The notes under the pieces were generated by a model. It searched no databases and had not been told where the DNA came from. It saw only the letters and a list, made by a program, of their open reading frames with translations. Shown here piece by piece: positions 11,845 through 21,356 of a stretch of 64,000 nucleotides of DNA; position 1 is the stretch's first letter, and every line of letters starts with the position of its first letter. The stretch is from Candidatus Woesebacteria bacterium GW2011_GWB1_39_12 (GTDB lineage Bacteria; Patescibacteriota; Microgenomatia; UBA8517): assembly GCA_000993405.1 (NCBI GenBank), contig LBWB01000001.1, positions 5,229 through 69,228 on the forward strand. The letters are read 5' to 3'. A program made the position numbers and the translations under genes.

Positions 11845-13050
11845 ATGAAACGATTTAGATATAAAGCGAAAAACAGCGAAGGAAGACTTGTAACAGGCGA
11901 AGTGGAAGCGTCAAATCCCGAACACGCAGCAAAGCTAGTCAGGAAACAAGAACTTGTCGTTATTTCCATAACAGCCAAGCCAGGCGTTTCTCTAAACTTC
12001 ATTAAACTTTTTAGTGAAAGAATTACTGGAGGAGATATAACCAATTTTACAAGACAGCTTGCGACAATGATAAATGCAGGCCTTCCCTTGACAGAAGCCT
12101 TGTCAATACTTCGAACTCAGTCCAAAAGCTCAGTTCAAAGAGTTGTGTCTCAAATCTTGGCTGATGTTGAAGAGGGACAGAGTCTTTCTTCTTCAATGGC
12201 CAGACATCATACTGTTTTCTCTAAAACCTATATTGCGCTTGTCAAAAGCGGTGAAATCGGGGGAGTAATGGATGAAGTTTTGGTCAAGCTTGCGGATGAT
12301 CTTGAAAAAGAGCAGGAATTTCGGGGCAAGGTGAAAAGCGCCATGATTTACCCCGTTATAATCGTTGTCGGAATGATTGCGGTTGCACTTATAATGGTCA
12401 TTTTTGTAATTCCCCGTTTAACCTCGATATACGATCAGTTCGGTGCTGATCTTCCTTTCTCCACAAAAATTCTGGTTGGCTTTTCGGATATTATGATCAA
12501 GTTTTGGCCTCTGGTTCTGGTGCTTGTGGGAGCAGCCTTCTATGGACTGAAAGTCTATAAGGCGACTGAGGCAGGAGGCAAAAAAATAGACGAGATTATC
12601 TTCAAAATTCCTTTGATCGGAGAATTACAAAGACAAATTGTATTGGCGGAACTGACAAGAACTCTTTCCCTGATGATCGGGAGCGGTGTATCAATCATGG
12701 AGTCTTTGACTATTTCTGCTCAAGTTGCCAGGAATCAAATAGTCGCTGAGGCACTCGAGGACGTCACAAAATTGGTCGAGAAGGGTTTTCCTCTGGCTTT
12801 TGCTTTTTCAAAACACGTGGAAGCTTTCCCTTTTATTTTGTCGCAGATGATTGCCGTCGGAGAAGAAACAGGGAAAATGGATGAAGTTCTGGCAAAGGTC
12901 AGCCACGTCTTTGAAGTTGAGAGCGAGCAAAAATTAAAAGCCGTAACTGCAGCAATTGAACCGGCGATTTTGATAGTTTTGGGAATAGGGGTTGCTTTTA
13001 TGGTCATTTCCATAATTATGCCGATTTATAATTTAACCACGCAAATATAA
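11845..13050 (+). CDS. pilC: type IV pilus platform protein PilC/GspF
   Basis: FTRQLATMINAGLPL, AMIYP, QMIAVGEETG. Confidence 0.95.
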   Translation: MKRFRYKAKNSEGRLVTGEVEASNPEHAAKLVRKQELVVISITAKPGVSLNFIKLFSERITGGDITNFTRQLATMINAGLPLTEALSILRTQSKSSVQRVVSQILADVEEGQSLSSSMARHHTVFSKTYIALVKSGEIGGVMDEVLVKLADDLEKEQEFRGKVKSAMIYPVIIVVGMIAVALIMVIFVIPRLTSIYDQFGADLPFSTKILVGFSDIMIKFWPLVLVLVGAAFYGLKVYKATEAGGKKIDEIIFKIPLIGELQRQIVLAELTRTLSLMIGSGVSIMESLTISAQVARNQIVAEALEDVTKLVEKGFPLAFAFSKHVEAFPFILSQMIAVGEETGKMDEVLAKVSHVFEVESEQKLKAVTAAIEPAILIVLGIGVAFMVISIIMPIYNLTTQI

Positions 13051-13103
13051 ATAGTGAAAAGAACAAAGTACAAAGGTAAAGTTAAGCTCACAAGGTGAGG
13101 GAC

Positions 13104-13132
13104 TTGACAGCCGTATTCAGATGTTAAATACT
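13104..13132 (+). promoter_or_regulatory. putative promoter of first pilin
   Basis: TTGACA-17 nt-AATACT; strong RBS GAAGGGGGGTGA at 13263. Confidence 0.5.
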
Positions 13133-13146
13133 GGATATGTAAGATA

Positions 13147-13244
13147 AATTTCTAATTTTTAAATCCTAATTTCTAAATAATTTCAAATTATCAAATTTCA
13201 AATATCAAAATGTTTAGAATTTAGATATTAGAATTTGGGATTTC
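13147..13244. repeat. 7-mer array/inverted array in pilin 5' UTR
   Basis: tttctaa tttttaa atcctaa tttctaa ... ttagaat ttagata ttagaat ttgggat. Confidence 0.75.
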
Positions 13245-13285
13245 ACCGAGTCAGACTCGGGTGAAGGGGGGTGAATATAAAATTT

Positions 13286-13810
13286 ATGACTGCCCTAAAA
13301 AGAGGTTTTACATTAATTGAACTTTTGATCGTAATGGCAATTCTAGGAGTTTTGGCGGTGGTTGTACTTGTTGCAATTAATCCGGCGGAACAATTAAGAA
13401 GAGCTAGAGATTCAGGTAGAATTTCCGGAACTCAACAAATTGGAAGAGCTATATCAGCTTATTTCACAGCTAATGGGTGTATACCGGGAGTGGTGGGTGC
13501 CGCAACGTGTCCTGCAACTACGGCTTGGGATGACGATTTGACATTATCAGAGGAACTTCAAACAATACCGGCACTAATAGATCCAGCAGGAGCTTGTACA
13601 CCTGGTAGTGATGTAAATGGTTGGTGTTATGGTAACGATGGAACTGAGAATTTCGTAGTCTATGCAGAGTTAGAATCAGAGCAAAGAATAAGATCTTGCG
13701 GTGCGGCTGCTACGACGGCATTTTCGGTTTTTTCATCTGTTGATGCCCGTGGAGGAGTATCTGCAACCGAGCCAACGGCTGGTACTGCGGTTACATTCTG
13801 TGGTCCGTAA
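13286..13810 (+). CDS. type IV pilin (probable major pilin)
   Basis: KRG|FTLIELLIVMAILGVLA; own promoter, RBS and terminator; ATG 13286 preferred over GTG 13271. Confidence 0.88.
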   Translation: MTALKRGFTLIELLIVMAILGVLAVVVLVAINPAEQLRRARDSGRISGTQQIGRAISAYFTANGCIPGVVGAATCPATTAWDDDLTLSEELQTIPALIDPAGACTPGSDVNGWCYGNDGTENFVVYAELESEQRIRSCGAAATTAFSVFSSVDARGGVSATEPTAGTAVTFCGP

Positions 13811-13934
13811 GTTCATTAACCCAGGGGGTAAGTTTAGAAAAATGTGTTCAACCCGTCGGGCTTTCGGCCGTGAGCTCAAGCCGAACGGTTGATAAGATTC
13901 TCTAAAGTTAGTTTATTAACCAATTGGTTAAGAG

Positions 13935-13977
13935 AAGGTGCCAGAAGTATAACAGTGCAAGTTATCTGGCACCTTTG
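13935..13977 (+). terminator. probable terminator hairpin after pilin
   Basis: aaggtgccaga...tctggcacctt followed by T-rich tail. Confidence 0.5.
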
Positions 13978-14071
13978 TTGTTTAAGTTTCCTTAACCTGT
14001 CTTTCAATTAGCTTAAACTTTCGGGACGCAGACATTGATTGAACCGTTGTTTCTTCTATATACTTTAACTA

Positions 14072-14857
14072 ATGTTATTGTTCATCTGGTATTTGTTAAT
14101 TTTTGTTTTTGGTTTAGCTGCCGGTTCTTTTTTGACGGCATATACTTGGCGCTGGCCAAGAGGCATAAGCATTGCGAAAGGCCGCTCAATATGTGATAAC
14201 TGTAAAAAGAAAATTGCCTGGTATGATAATATTCCTCTTTTTTCTTATATAGCCCTTGGTGGCAGGTGTAGGAATTGTGGCAAGAAAATATCTCTTCGTT
14301 ATCCTCTGATTGAGCTATCGACCGGGGTTTTGTTTGTTCTAACAATCACTTTATTGGGGGGATTTGGGAGATTGGGGGAATTAGGGTTTTTGCTTACTGC
14401 TTACTACTTACTACTTGCAGCAGTTTTGATTGCCATTTTTATTATCGATCTTGAAAACCAGCTTATTCCTGACGGATTGGTTTTTCTTATTTTCACTCTT
14501 AACGTTTCCCTTCTAGTTCTCTCCTCCGACAAAAATTTTTATCAAATTATGTTTACGGGTTTTTTGTCAGCATTTTTCTTTTTATTTCTGAATTTAGTTA
14601 CTCGGGGTCGCGGCATGGGCTTGGGAGACGCAAAACTTGTTCTTGCCCTCTCCCCCATCCTGGGTTATCCGCAGACAATTGTATGGATTTTTTTGAGTTT
14701 TATAATTGGAGCCGTTGTGGGGTTATTATTGATAGCCGTAGGAAAAGCGTCGTTTGGTAAGCACATTGCCTTCGGGCCGTTTTTGGTTATAGCCTTTTTC
14801 ATAACATTGTTTTGGGGTGATCTGTTGGTAAATACCTTTTTACCATATTTGGGGTAA
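14072..14857 (+). CDS. pilD: prepilin peptidase
   Basis: GRSICDNC..WYDNIPL..GGRCRNC..ISLRYP, GMGLGDAKL, IAFGPFL. Confidence 0.95.
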   Translation: MLLFIWYLLIFVFGLAAGSFLTAYTWRWPRGISIAKGRSICDNCKKKIAWYDNIPLFSYIALGGRCRNCGKKISLRYPLIELSTGVLFVLTITLLGGFGRLGELGFLLTAYYLLLAAVLIAIFIIDLENQLIPDGLVFLIFTLNVSLLVLSSDKNFYQIMFTGFLSAFFFLFLNLVTRGRGMGLGDAKLVLALSPILGYPQTIVWIFLSFIIGAVVGLLLIAVGKASFGKHIAFGPFLVIAFFITLFWGDLLVNTFLPYLG

Positions 14858-14880
14858 GAGTTATTATTCGCATCGTTATT

Positions 14881-15495
14881 ATGAAGCCTTTTACAAAGTC
14901 CGAAGCCATTATTGTGAGCCTAATTTTTTTAATAGTTTTTAGTGTAACTTCCTTAGGTCTAAAGACTTCCCTAAGGCGTGCAAGGGATGCCGGAAGAGTG
15001 TCTGATCTGGGGACACTAACTGATGCATTACTTACGTTTTACGAAGATTACGGCTTTTTCCCGCCGAGCGAAGAGGGAAAAATTAAAATGTGTAAGGGTA
15101 AAAATTTCGATTCTGTGCTGGCTCAAATGAAAGAAGATAAAGAATTTGACTTTGGTAAGTTGGAAAGCGCATTGAGAATTTGTGAATGGGGAAGCGATTC
15201 TTTGTCCGACATACTTGACGATACCGGACTCGTCTATCTAGAGCGCATTCCGATAGACCCCAGAGACGGTCAGGGAATGAAATTCCTTTACCTATCCAAC
15301 ACAAGACACTTCCAGGTTTACGCTTATCTAGAAGGAGAAGATGAAGAGGCTGGTTATAATGAAAAAATAGTTGCCAGAAACCTTTTCTGTGGAATAGAAA
15401 TTTGCAGTTTTGGCAAAAGCTCGGGAGAGACTCCTTTGGATAAATCGATTGAAGATTACGAAGAGGAATTGGACAGGTTGCGTACTGGAAAGTAG
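14881..15495 (+). CDS. GspG-like pilin with atypical cleavage site
   Basis: MKP|FTKSE + hydrophobic helix, RRARDAGRVSDL, IPIDP. Confidence 0.75.
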   Translation: MKPFTKSEAIIVSLIFLIVFSVTSLGLKTSLRRARDAGRVSDLGTLTDALLTFYEDYGFFPPSEEGKIKMCKGKNFDSVLAQMKEDKEFDFGKLESALRICEWGSDSLSDILDDTGLVYLERIPIDPRDGQGMKFLYLSNTRHFQVYAYLEGEDEEAGYNEKIVARNLFCGIEICSFGKSSGETPLDKSIEDYEEELDRLRTGK

Positions 15496-15528
15496 GTGTC
15501 AATTAGTGCTATAAATAGTAATCTGCCC

Positions 15529-16035
15529 ATGATAGAAAAGAACAAAGAGCAAAGAACAAAGAACAAAGTTAAGTCTAAATTGACTTCATTCCTAACTACT
15601 AACTACCAACTACTAACTACTAGCTCAGGGTTTACCCTCATCGAGCTTCTGATAGTCATGGCTGTTCTGGGTGTTCTGGCGAGTGTCGTAATAGTGCAAA
15701 TTGGGCCAGCCAGTCAGCAAAGAGCAAGAGATACCATAAGAAGAAATGACATTAAGCAATATCAAACTGCTTTAGAAATTTATGCAAATAAAAGTGATGG
15801 AGATTATCCTGCAGTGGGTGCGATGCCATGTACAGATTTAGGCCTATCAGGAAGTTTATGTAAAGAGGATCCTCAGGGAGGCAGTTATCCTTATTTTAGT
15901 GATGGTTCAGTTTATGTAATTGGTGCCACACTGGAATATAGACCTGGGGGTACACAAATGTATTTTGTAGCCTGTTCAAATGGTTTATCTGACGATTCGA
16001 CAGCAGCAGCAACAGATACAACTTGTCCATTATGA
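15529..16035 (+). CDS. type IV pilin
   Basis: SG|FTLIELLIVMAVLG, RARDTIRRNDI; leader built from 7-mer repeats; ATG 15529. Confidence 0.85.
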   Translation: MIEKNKEQRTKNKVKSKLTSFLTTNYQLLTTSSGFTLIELLIVMAVLGVLASVVIVQIGPASQQRARDTIRRNDIKQYQTALEIYANKSDGDYPAVGAMPCTDLGLSGSLCKEDPQGGSYPYFSDGSVYVIGATLEYRPGGTQMYFVACSNGLSDDSTAAATDTTCPL

Positions 16036-16511
16036 TAAGCAAAGAGATTGGAAATTGGAAATTGGAAATTGGAAATTTACGCCAAGGGCGGGCTGGTTTT
16101 ACTATTATCGAACTGCTTATTGTCATGGTGATAATAGCGATATTGGCAGGATTGTCAATTTTTGCCATGGGTGGCGCCAGAGAATCAGCCCGTGATGCAA
16201 GAAGGAAGGCGGATTTGGAACAAATTCGTTCAGGACTGGAACTTTATAAAGCCGATTGCAATGTTTATCCGGCCTCGCTTGGGACGTCTCTTACTGGCGA
16301 TGGTAGTACCCCAAGTTGTTTAGCGGCTAATACTTATATTCAAGATGTTCCTACAGATCCCACTTCCGACGCAGCTTATGCATATAACCAGCTTACAACT
16401 GTAACATACACGTTATGTTCACACCTTGAAGATCCTCCAAGTTCTCCCGACATAACAAATTGTAATGCTTGTGATCCGACACCTTGTGCGTATAAAGTGA
16501 TTAATCCTTAA
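16032..16511 (+). CDS. type IV pilin/GspG-like
   Basis: AG|FTIIELLIV, ARDARRKADL, VPTDP; ATGA overlap with upstream stop. Confidence 0.88.
   Translation: MISKEIGNWKLEIGNLRQGRAGFTIIELLIVMVIIAILAGLSIFAMGGARESARDARRKADLEQIRSGLELYKADCNVYPASLGTSLTGDGSTPSCLAANTYIQDVPTDPTSDAAYAYNQLTTVTYTLCSHLEDPPSSPDITNCNACDPTPCAYKVINP
16047..16077 (+). repeat. perfect (ATTGGAA)4 tandem repeat in prepilin leader
   Basis: attggaa x4 + att, read directly. Confidence 0.95.
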
Positions 16512-16521
16512 TTTTTTATGT

Positions 16522-17016
16522 ATGGCTCAAAATTTATCAAAACGAACAATCGATCTTCAGAACTTTTACGGTTATACCCTGATTGAACTTCTTATTGTAA
16601 TGATGACAATGGTTCTTCTTTTTGGGCTTGGTTTTGCAAACTACAGAGGTTTTCAAAGAAGACAATCGCTCGAGGGTGTGGTAAGGATGGTCAAAGCCGA
16701 TTTGAGGCTTGCCCAGGCAAACGCATTATCCGGGAAAAAACCTTCATCCGGGAATTGCAGCGCTGTAGCCTCGAATATACTTTACTATTCTTTCGCTTAT
16801 GTTGATTCTGACACTTATGCTTACGGTGCTGTATGTCCGACAGAGTCTAACATAAAACAGGTTGATATAACGGGCGCGACAATGTCTGCCTTTAGCGAAA
16901 TTCGATTTAACGTTCTTGGTAGGGGCACAAATATTACAGGACAAACTGTAATTACTATTACCTCAGGAGCCGGATCAAAAGATATTACCGTTCGTTCAGG
17001 TGGCACGATAGAGTGA
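16522..17016 (+). CDS. minor pilin (FimT/GspH-like)
   Basis: YG|YTLIELLIV, DLRLAQANA, FNVLG. Confidence 0.85.
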   Translation: MAQNLSKRTIDLQNFYGYTLIELLIVMMTMVLLFGLGFANYRGFQRRQSLEGVVRMVKADLRLAQANALSGKKPSSGNCSAVASNILYYSFAYVDSDTYAYGAVCPTESNIKQVDITGATMSAFSEIRFNVLGRGTNITGQTVITITSGAGSKDITVRSGGTIE

Positions 17017-17023
17017 AATATAT

Positions 17024-17482
17024 ATGAAGACAATCCTTATTTTAGGCCAATCTTTGTACGAAGTTGTGTTTGCGATAGGAATTGCTGCAATAATTATTAC
17101 TGGAGTTCTTGTTGTTTCAACAACATCTGTTAGAAATTCGACTTATTCCAAAAATAATTCTCAAGCTACTAAGTACGCACAAGAGGAAATGGAGTGGCTG
17201 AGGGGCCAAAGAGATGCTGGTTGGGACAGTTTTGTTACGAATATAGATACGGGGGGATGTACGGCGGGAAATTTTAGTTGGGGGGGGTTGGGTGGAAATT
17301 GTACAGTCGGAGATATATACACAAGAACTGCAAACTTTACTTGTAGGGATTCGGCAGGTGGTGTTGTAATGTGCGATTCCACTGCCAGCATGGTTGATGC
17401 TTCGGTTAGTATATCTTGGACTGATGCGCAGGGAGATCACATAGTAACAAGTGTGTCAAAGTTTACAGATTGGAATAAATAG
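17024..17482 (+). CDS. minor pilin (PilV-like)
   Basis: G|QSLYEVVFAIGI, AQEEMEWLR, VSISWTD. Confidence 0.8.
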   Translation: MKTILILGQSLYEVVFAIGIAAIIITGVLVVSTTSVRNSTYSKNNSQATKYAQEEMEWLRGQRDAGWDSFVTNIDTGGCTAGNFSWGGLGGNCTVGDIYTRTANFTCRDSAGGVVMCDSTASMVDASVSISWTDAQGDHIVTSVSKFTDWNK

Positions 17483-17483
17483 G

Positions 17484-18053
17484 ATGACAATATCAAAAAT
17501 CAAAAATCAAATATCAAATAGAAAAATTGGAAATCCCTCGCTAAGCGAGGCTGGTTTTTCTTTGATCGAGATGCTGGTTGTAGTTGCGGTATTTTCAATT
17601 TTGGCCATTGTTGCAACGCAGTCACTTTCTTCATCTTTAAGAGGTTCTAAAAAAAGCGAATCGCAGGTTATTGTTCGGGAAAACGTTGATTTTGCACTAA
17701 GTACAATGGAGAGGCTTTTAAGGAACGCAAAGTCTATTACTTCTTGCAGTCCTACTAGTACGTTGATTTATATTGATGAATATGAGAAGCCGGGTGTCAC
17801 GAGTTTTCAGTGTATTACGTCAGGAACAGATACTTATATAGCGTCGGTTTCGGGTTCACCTGCGGTAAGTGTGCGTCTGACGTCTCCCGATGTTCGTATA
17901 ACGAATTGTAGTATTTTTGTAGTATGCCAGAATTTGACTAAACCTCACTCAGTTGATATTTCGATTCAAGCCGAGAGATCGGGTGTCACAGGGGCTGAAG
18001 GATCACAAATAATCGAAAGCACAAAGATTTTACTCAGGAATTATGGTAATTGA
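17484..18053 (+). CDS. minor pilin (PilW-like)
   Basis: AG|FSLIEMLVVVAVF, MERLLRNA; ATG 17484. Confidence 0.85.
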   Translation: MTISKIKNQISNRKIGNPSLSEAGFSLIEMLVVVAVFSILAIVATQSLSSSLRGSKKSESQVIVRENVDFALSTMERLLRNAKSITSCSPTSTLIYIDEYEKPGVTSFQCITSGTDTYIASVSGSPAVSVRLTSPDVRITNCSIFVVCQNLTKPHSVDISIQAERSGVTGAEGSQIIESTKILLRNYGN

Positions 18054-18080
18054 CCGTATTTGCAGAGATTGTTAAACTTA

Positions 18081-19019
18081 ATGGATATGGAGAAACTGCC
18101 TTTAAATAGAGTAAAAGTTAGAAATAATCTTCAAAGAGGTCAGGCGTTACTGATAGTTCTTCTGACGATGGCTGTAATTTTAACAGTGGTTCTGTCGGTT
18201 GTTTCCCGATCTGTGACCGACATAACTGTTACAACTTATGAAGAAAATGCCTTACGTGCTTTCTCCGCTGCCGAAGCGGGAATTGAGGAAAAGTTATTAA
18301 ATCCTTATCCTTTGGGAACTTTTTCAAATCCAACAGTTGGTTACTCTGGTGAAGTGACGAACCCAAGTGAGGGAGATACAGAGTTTAATCATCCAGGAGA
18401 TCTTAATTCAGGAGAAGTTGCAACCTTTTGGCTAGTATCTCATGATTCCACAGGCTCTAGACTTACTTGTCCAGATGCGAATTCATGCGTGACTGGTACA
18501 GGAGTAATGAGAGTCTGCTGGGGAAGTGAACCTCAGGATCCGGACTGGACTAAAAATCCTGCTGTTGAAGTACTTCTTTTTTATGATGATGATGATCCTT
18601 CTCAATCTGTTGCAGCAACTAATAATTTTGCTAATGTAAAAGTAAAAAGATTTGCTTTTGATCGCTATGCGGCAAGTCGTGCAAATAACTTTGAACCAAT
18701 TTCAAACGCTAGTTGCACAATAGATGGCAAGACTTATGCATTTAGATCTGACAATATTACCTATCCTGATGTTGATTGTGCAGACCGAGCCGGATGTAGA
18801 CTGATGGTAAAAGTCAGAATGTACTACAATTCTGGACCCCAACCTTTAGGAATTACCATTACCGGAGGAACTCCCCTGCCCGCACAGGGACTTGTGATTT
18901 CATCAACCGGAACAGCAGGAGAATCTTCGAGAAGAGTAAATGTTTCTCAGGGCTATTCAGAAACCCCCACTTTTTTTGACTCCGCGGTTTTCAGTCTGAA
19001 AAGTTTAGAGAAATTATAA
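18081..19019 (+). CDS. PilX-like minor pilin
   Basis: RG|QALLIVLL (no E5), AFSAAEAGIE; start uncertain (18060-18087). Confidence 0.8.
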   Translation: MDMEKLPLNRVKVRNNLQRGQALLIVLLTMAVILTVVLSVVSRSVTDITVTTYEENALRAFSAAEAGIEEKLLNPYPLGTFSNPTVGYSGEVTNPSEGDTEFNHPGDLNSGEVATFWLVSHDSTGSRLTCPDANSCVTGTGVMRVCWGSEPQDPDWTKNPAVEVLLFYDDDDPSQSVAATNNFANVKVKRFAFDRYAASRANNFEPISNASCTIDGKTYAFRSDNITYPDVDCADRAGCRLMVKVRMYYNSGPQPLGITITGGTPLPAQGLVISSTGTAGESSRRVNVSQGYSETPTFFDSAVFSLKSLEKL

Positions 19020-19094
19020 GCGATGCGAAATTGCGAATAGCATGCGAATTACGCGAATATTAAAAATTCATATTATTCGGATCGAGTTTAAGTT

Positions 19095-20111
19095 ATGTCT
19101 GTAGGATTAGACATCGGCAGTAAAACGATAAAAATAGTTGAATTAGTAAGCGAAAAGGGTCGCTTTCGCTTACGTGCTTCAGGTGTTGTTTCCCATAAGG
19201 GGGCAAGACCTGAACAGTTCAAAGACGACAAGGAATTTGCTTTTTTAGGAGACGTTGTAAAAAAGCTTTATAAAGAAGCAAAAATCTCGTCGCGTGAGGT
19301 GGGTATAGCACTCCCTGAGGCACTTGTATTCACGAGGAGTGTAAAATTTCCAACTCTGACTGATGAGGAAATAGCATCAGCCGTCAGGTGGGAGGCTGAA
19401 CAATATATTCCGATACCCGTTGAGGATGCTATAGTTCAGCATCAGATCATTGAAAGACGGGAAGATACGACGCCACCCCACGTTTCTGTTCTTTTGGTTG
19501 CTGCTCCAAAGGCTTTGGTAGAAAAGTACGCAAAAGTCGTTGATGCTGCGGGACTTTCCTTAGTCAGCGTTGAAACGGAACTCATAGCCTTGGTCCGTTC
19601 ATTGGCGCTGGATGACGCGACAGTAATGATTGTGGATTTTGGCGCCGGGTCAACAGACATTGCCATTGCCAGAAACGGGCAACTTGCATTTTCCCGTTCG
19701 ATTCCGACGGCGGGTGAAGCCTTCACAAGGGCAGTTTCCCAGACTTTGGGGATCGAAGTTTCCCAGGCCGAAGAGTACAAAAAGACTTACGGTTTATCAC
19801 AGAGCCAACTTGAGGGTAAAGTTAAAAAAGCACTGGATCCTATTTTTAGACTGGTTTCTGACGAAATGAAAAAAGCAATCCATTTTTATCAGACCGAAGA
19901 AAAAGGCGAAGTACCAAAGTCTGTAATTCTCTCTGGTGGAAGTGCGGGTATGCCTGAGGTAGCAAGTGCACTTACAAAACTTCTGGGAATGGAGGTTGTC
20001 GTTGGTAATCCTTTTTCTAAAGTCGAGGTTGATCCTGAGGCAGTAAAATCTCTGGCCGGCTACGCGCCTTTTTATTCAATCGCCGTAGGATTGGCCATGA
20101 GGCAGACTTAA
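19095..20111 (+). CDS. pilM: type IV pilus assembly protein PilM
   Basis: VGLDIGSKTIK, WEAEQYIP, VDFGAGST, LSGGSA, IAVGLAMR. Confidence 0.95.
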   Translation: MSVGLDIGSKTIKIVELVSEKGRFRLRASGVVSHKGARPEQFKDDKEFAFLGDVVKKLYKEAKISSREVGIALPEALVFTRSVKFPTLTDEEIASAVRWEAEQYIPIPVEDAIVQHQIIERREDTTPPHVSVLLVAAPKALVEKYAKVVDAAGLSLVSVETELIALVRSLALDDATVMIVDFGAGSTDIAIARNGQLAFSRSIPTAGEAFTRAVSQTLGIEVSQAEEYKKTYGLSQSQLEGKVKKALDPIFRLVSDEMKKAIHFYQTEEKGEVPKSVILSGGSAGMPEVASALTKLLGMEVVVGNPFSKVEVDPEAVKSLAGYAPFYSIAVGLAMRQT

Positions 20112-20130
20112 TCTTTGACCCTTTTATTAT

Positions 20131-20664
20131 ATGGCGATAAATTTACTCAGCCAGGAATTAAAACCGAAACCCTACGTAGTAAACTTTGCCAAGATTTTAA
20201 AAAAACTTGCCATGGTTTCTCTTTTGGTCTTTCTGGTTGGAGTAATGCTACTTGTCGGCATAATTTTTATATTCTCTCAAAGAACAAAAGCTGCCATTTC
20301 CAGTCAGGAAGCATTAAAACGCGAGATAAAAGCGCTGCAAGAAACCGAGCAGAGAATAGTTTTGATTAAAGATAGAATAGACAAAATTGAATCTGTTTAT
20401 AAAGAAGAAAATGCTACTGACGGGGTTGCTTCCATTAGAGAAATTTCTAGGGTAATTCCGGAAGGGACGTTAATCCAAGAATTTAGTCTTGAACCAGATA
20501 ACACAGAGGTTAAAGTTCTTGCTGACAGTTTATCGAGCTTGGCAAAATTTGCCTCCGGAATTACTGGTCTAGGAAGTTTTGAAAAAATTGTTCTTAAGTC
20601 TTTGGAATTTGATCCTGAAAAAGGATATGTTGCTATATTTGGTTTTCATAGAACAAAAGTATGA
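20131..20664 (+). CDS. pilN: PilN-like protein
   Basis: N-terminal INLL motif, TM helix, coiled coil; follows pilM. Confidence 0.8.
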   Translation: MAINLLSQELKPKPYVVNFAKILKKLAMVSLLVFLVGVMLLVGIIFIFSQRTKAAISSQEALKREIKALQETEQRIVLIKDRIDKIESVYKEENATDGVASIREISRVIPEGTLIQEFSLEPDNTEVKVLADSLSSLAKFASGITGLGSFEKIVLKSLEFDPEKGYVAIFGFHRTKV

Positions 20665-21356
20665 AAGATTCATCAACCAGAGGACTCTATTTTAATTTAA
20701 AAATATTATTAGGCCCACTAGTAGTGATTCTTTTAATAGCAACTTTTGGCCTCTATTCTGTCAATACAGGCTACGGGCGAGTTAAAAAACAGATTGAAGA
20801 ATATAAATCTGTAAAGATGGAGGAGACGCATCTTAAGGAAAAACTTGCTTCAATAAAGGCTATTAAATCAGATATCCTGGATCAGGCTGATTTTACGGTT
20901 GTTGCTCTTCCTCAAAAGAACCCAGCCACTTTTTTAATATCTCAGTTAAAATTATATGCTGAGGAAAATTCAATAACCATTAAAGAGATATCTCTCTCTG
21001 GTTCTCAACAGAATGATGTTCTAAATAGTATGATACTTACAGCCGATATAGAAGGAAGCGACATTATTTCACAATTAAGTTTGATGGAAAGTATTCTTAA
21101 GTTTGCCCCAATTTCATTAATAGTGGGGAGTCAGAGCACTCTTAGTCAAAATGAAGCCAACTATAAACAGGAACTTGAAATTTCTTTTTATTGGTCGCCT
21201 CTTCCTACAACTTTACCTTCAATTAGCGAGCCTATCAAAGGTTTGACTGGCGAGCAGAACGAAGTTTTAAGGCAAATTTCTTTACTGAAGCAACCCAGCT
21301 TGGTTAACTTAAACCCGCAGGTGCAAACTACAGAAAGAGAAACACCGTTTAACTAG
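20661..21356 (+). CDS. PilO-like protein
   Basis: TM + coiled coil, C-terminal PF; position after pilN. Confidence 0.65.
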   Translation: MKDSSTRGLYFNLKILLGPLVVILLIATFGLYSVNTGYGRVKKQIEEYKSVKMEETHLKEKLASIKAIKSDILDQADFTVVALPQKNPATFLISQLKLYAEENSITIKEISLSGSQQNDVLNSMILTADIEGSDIISQLSLMESILKFAPISLIVGSQSTLSQNEANYKQELEISFYWSPLPTTLPSISEPIKGLTGEQNEVLRQISLLKQPSLVNLNPQVQTTERETPFN

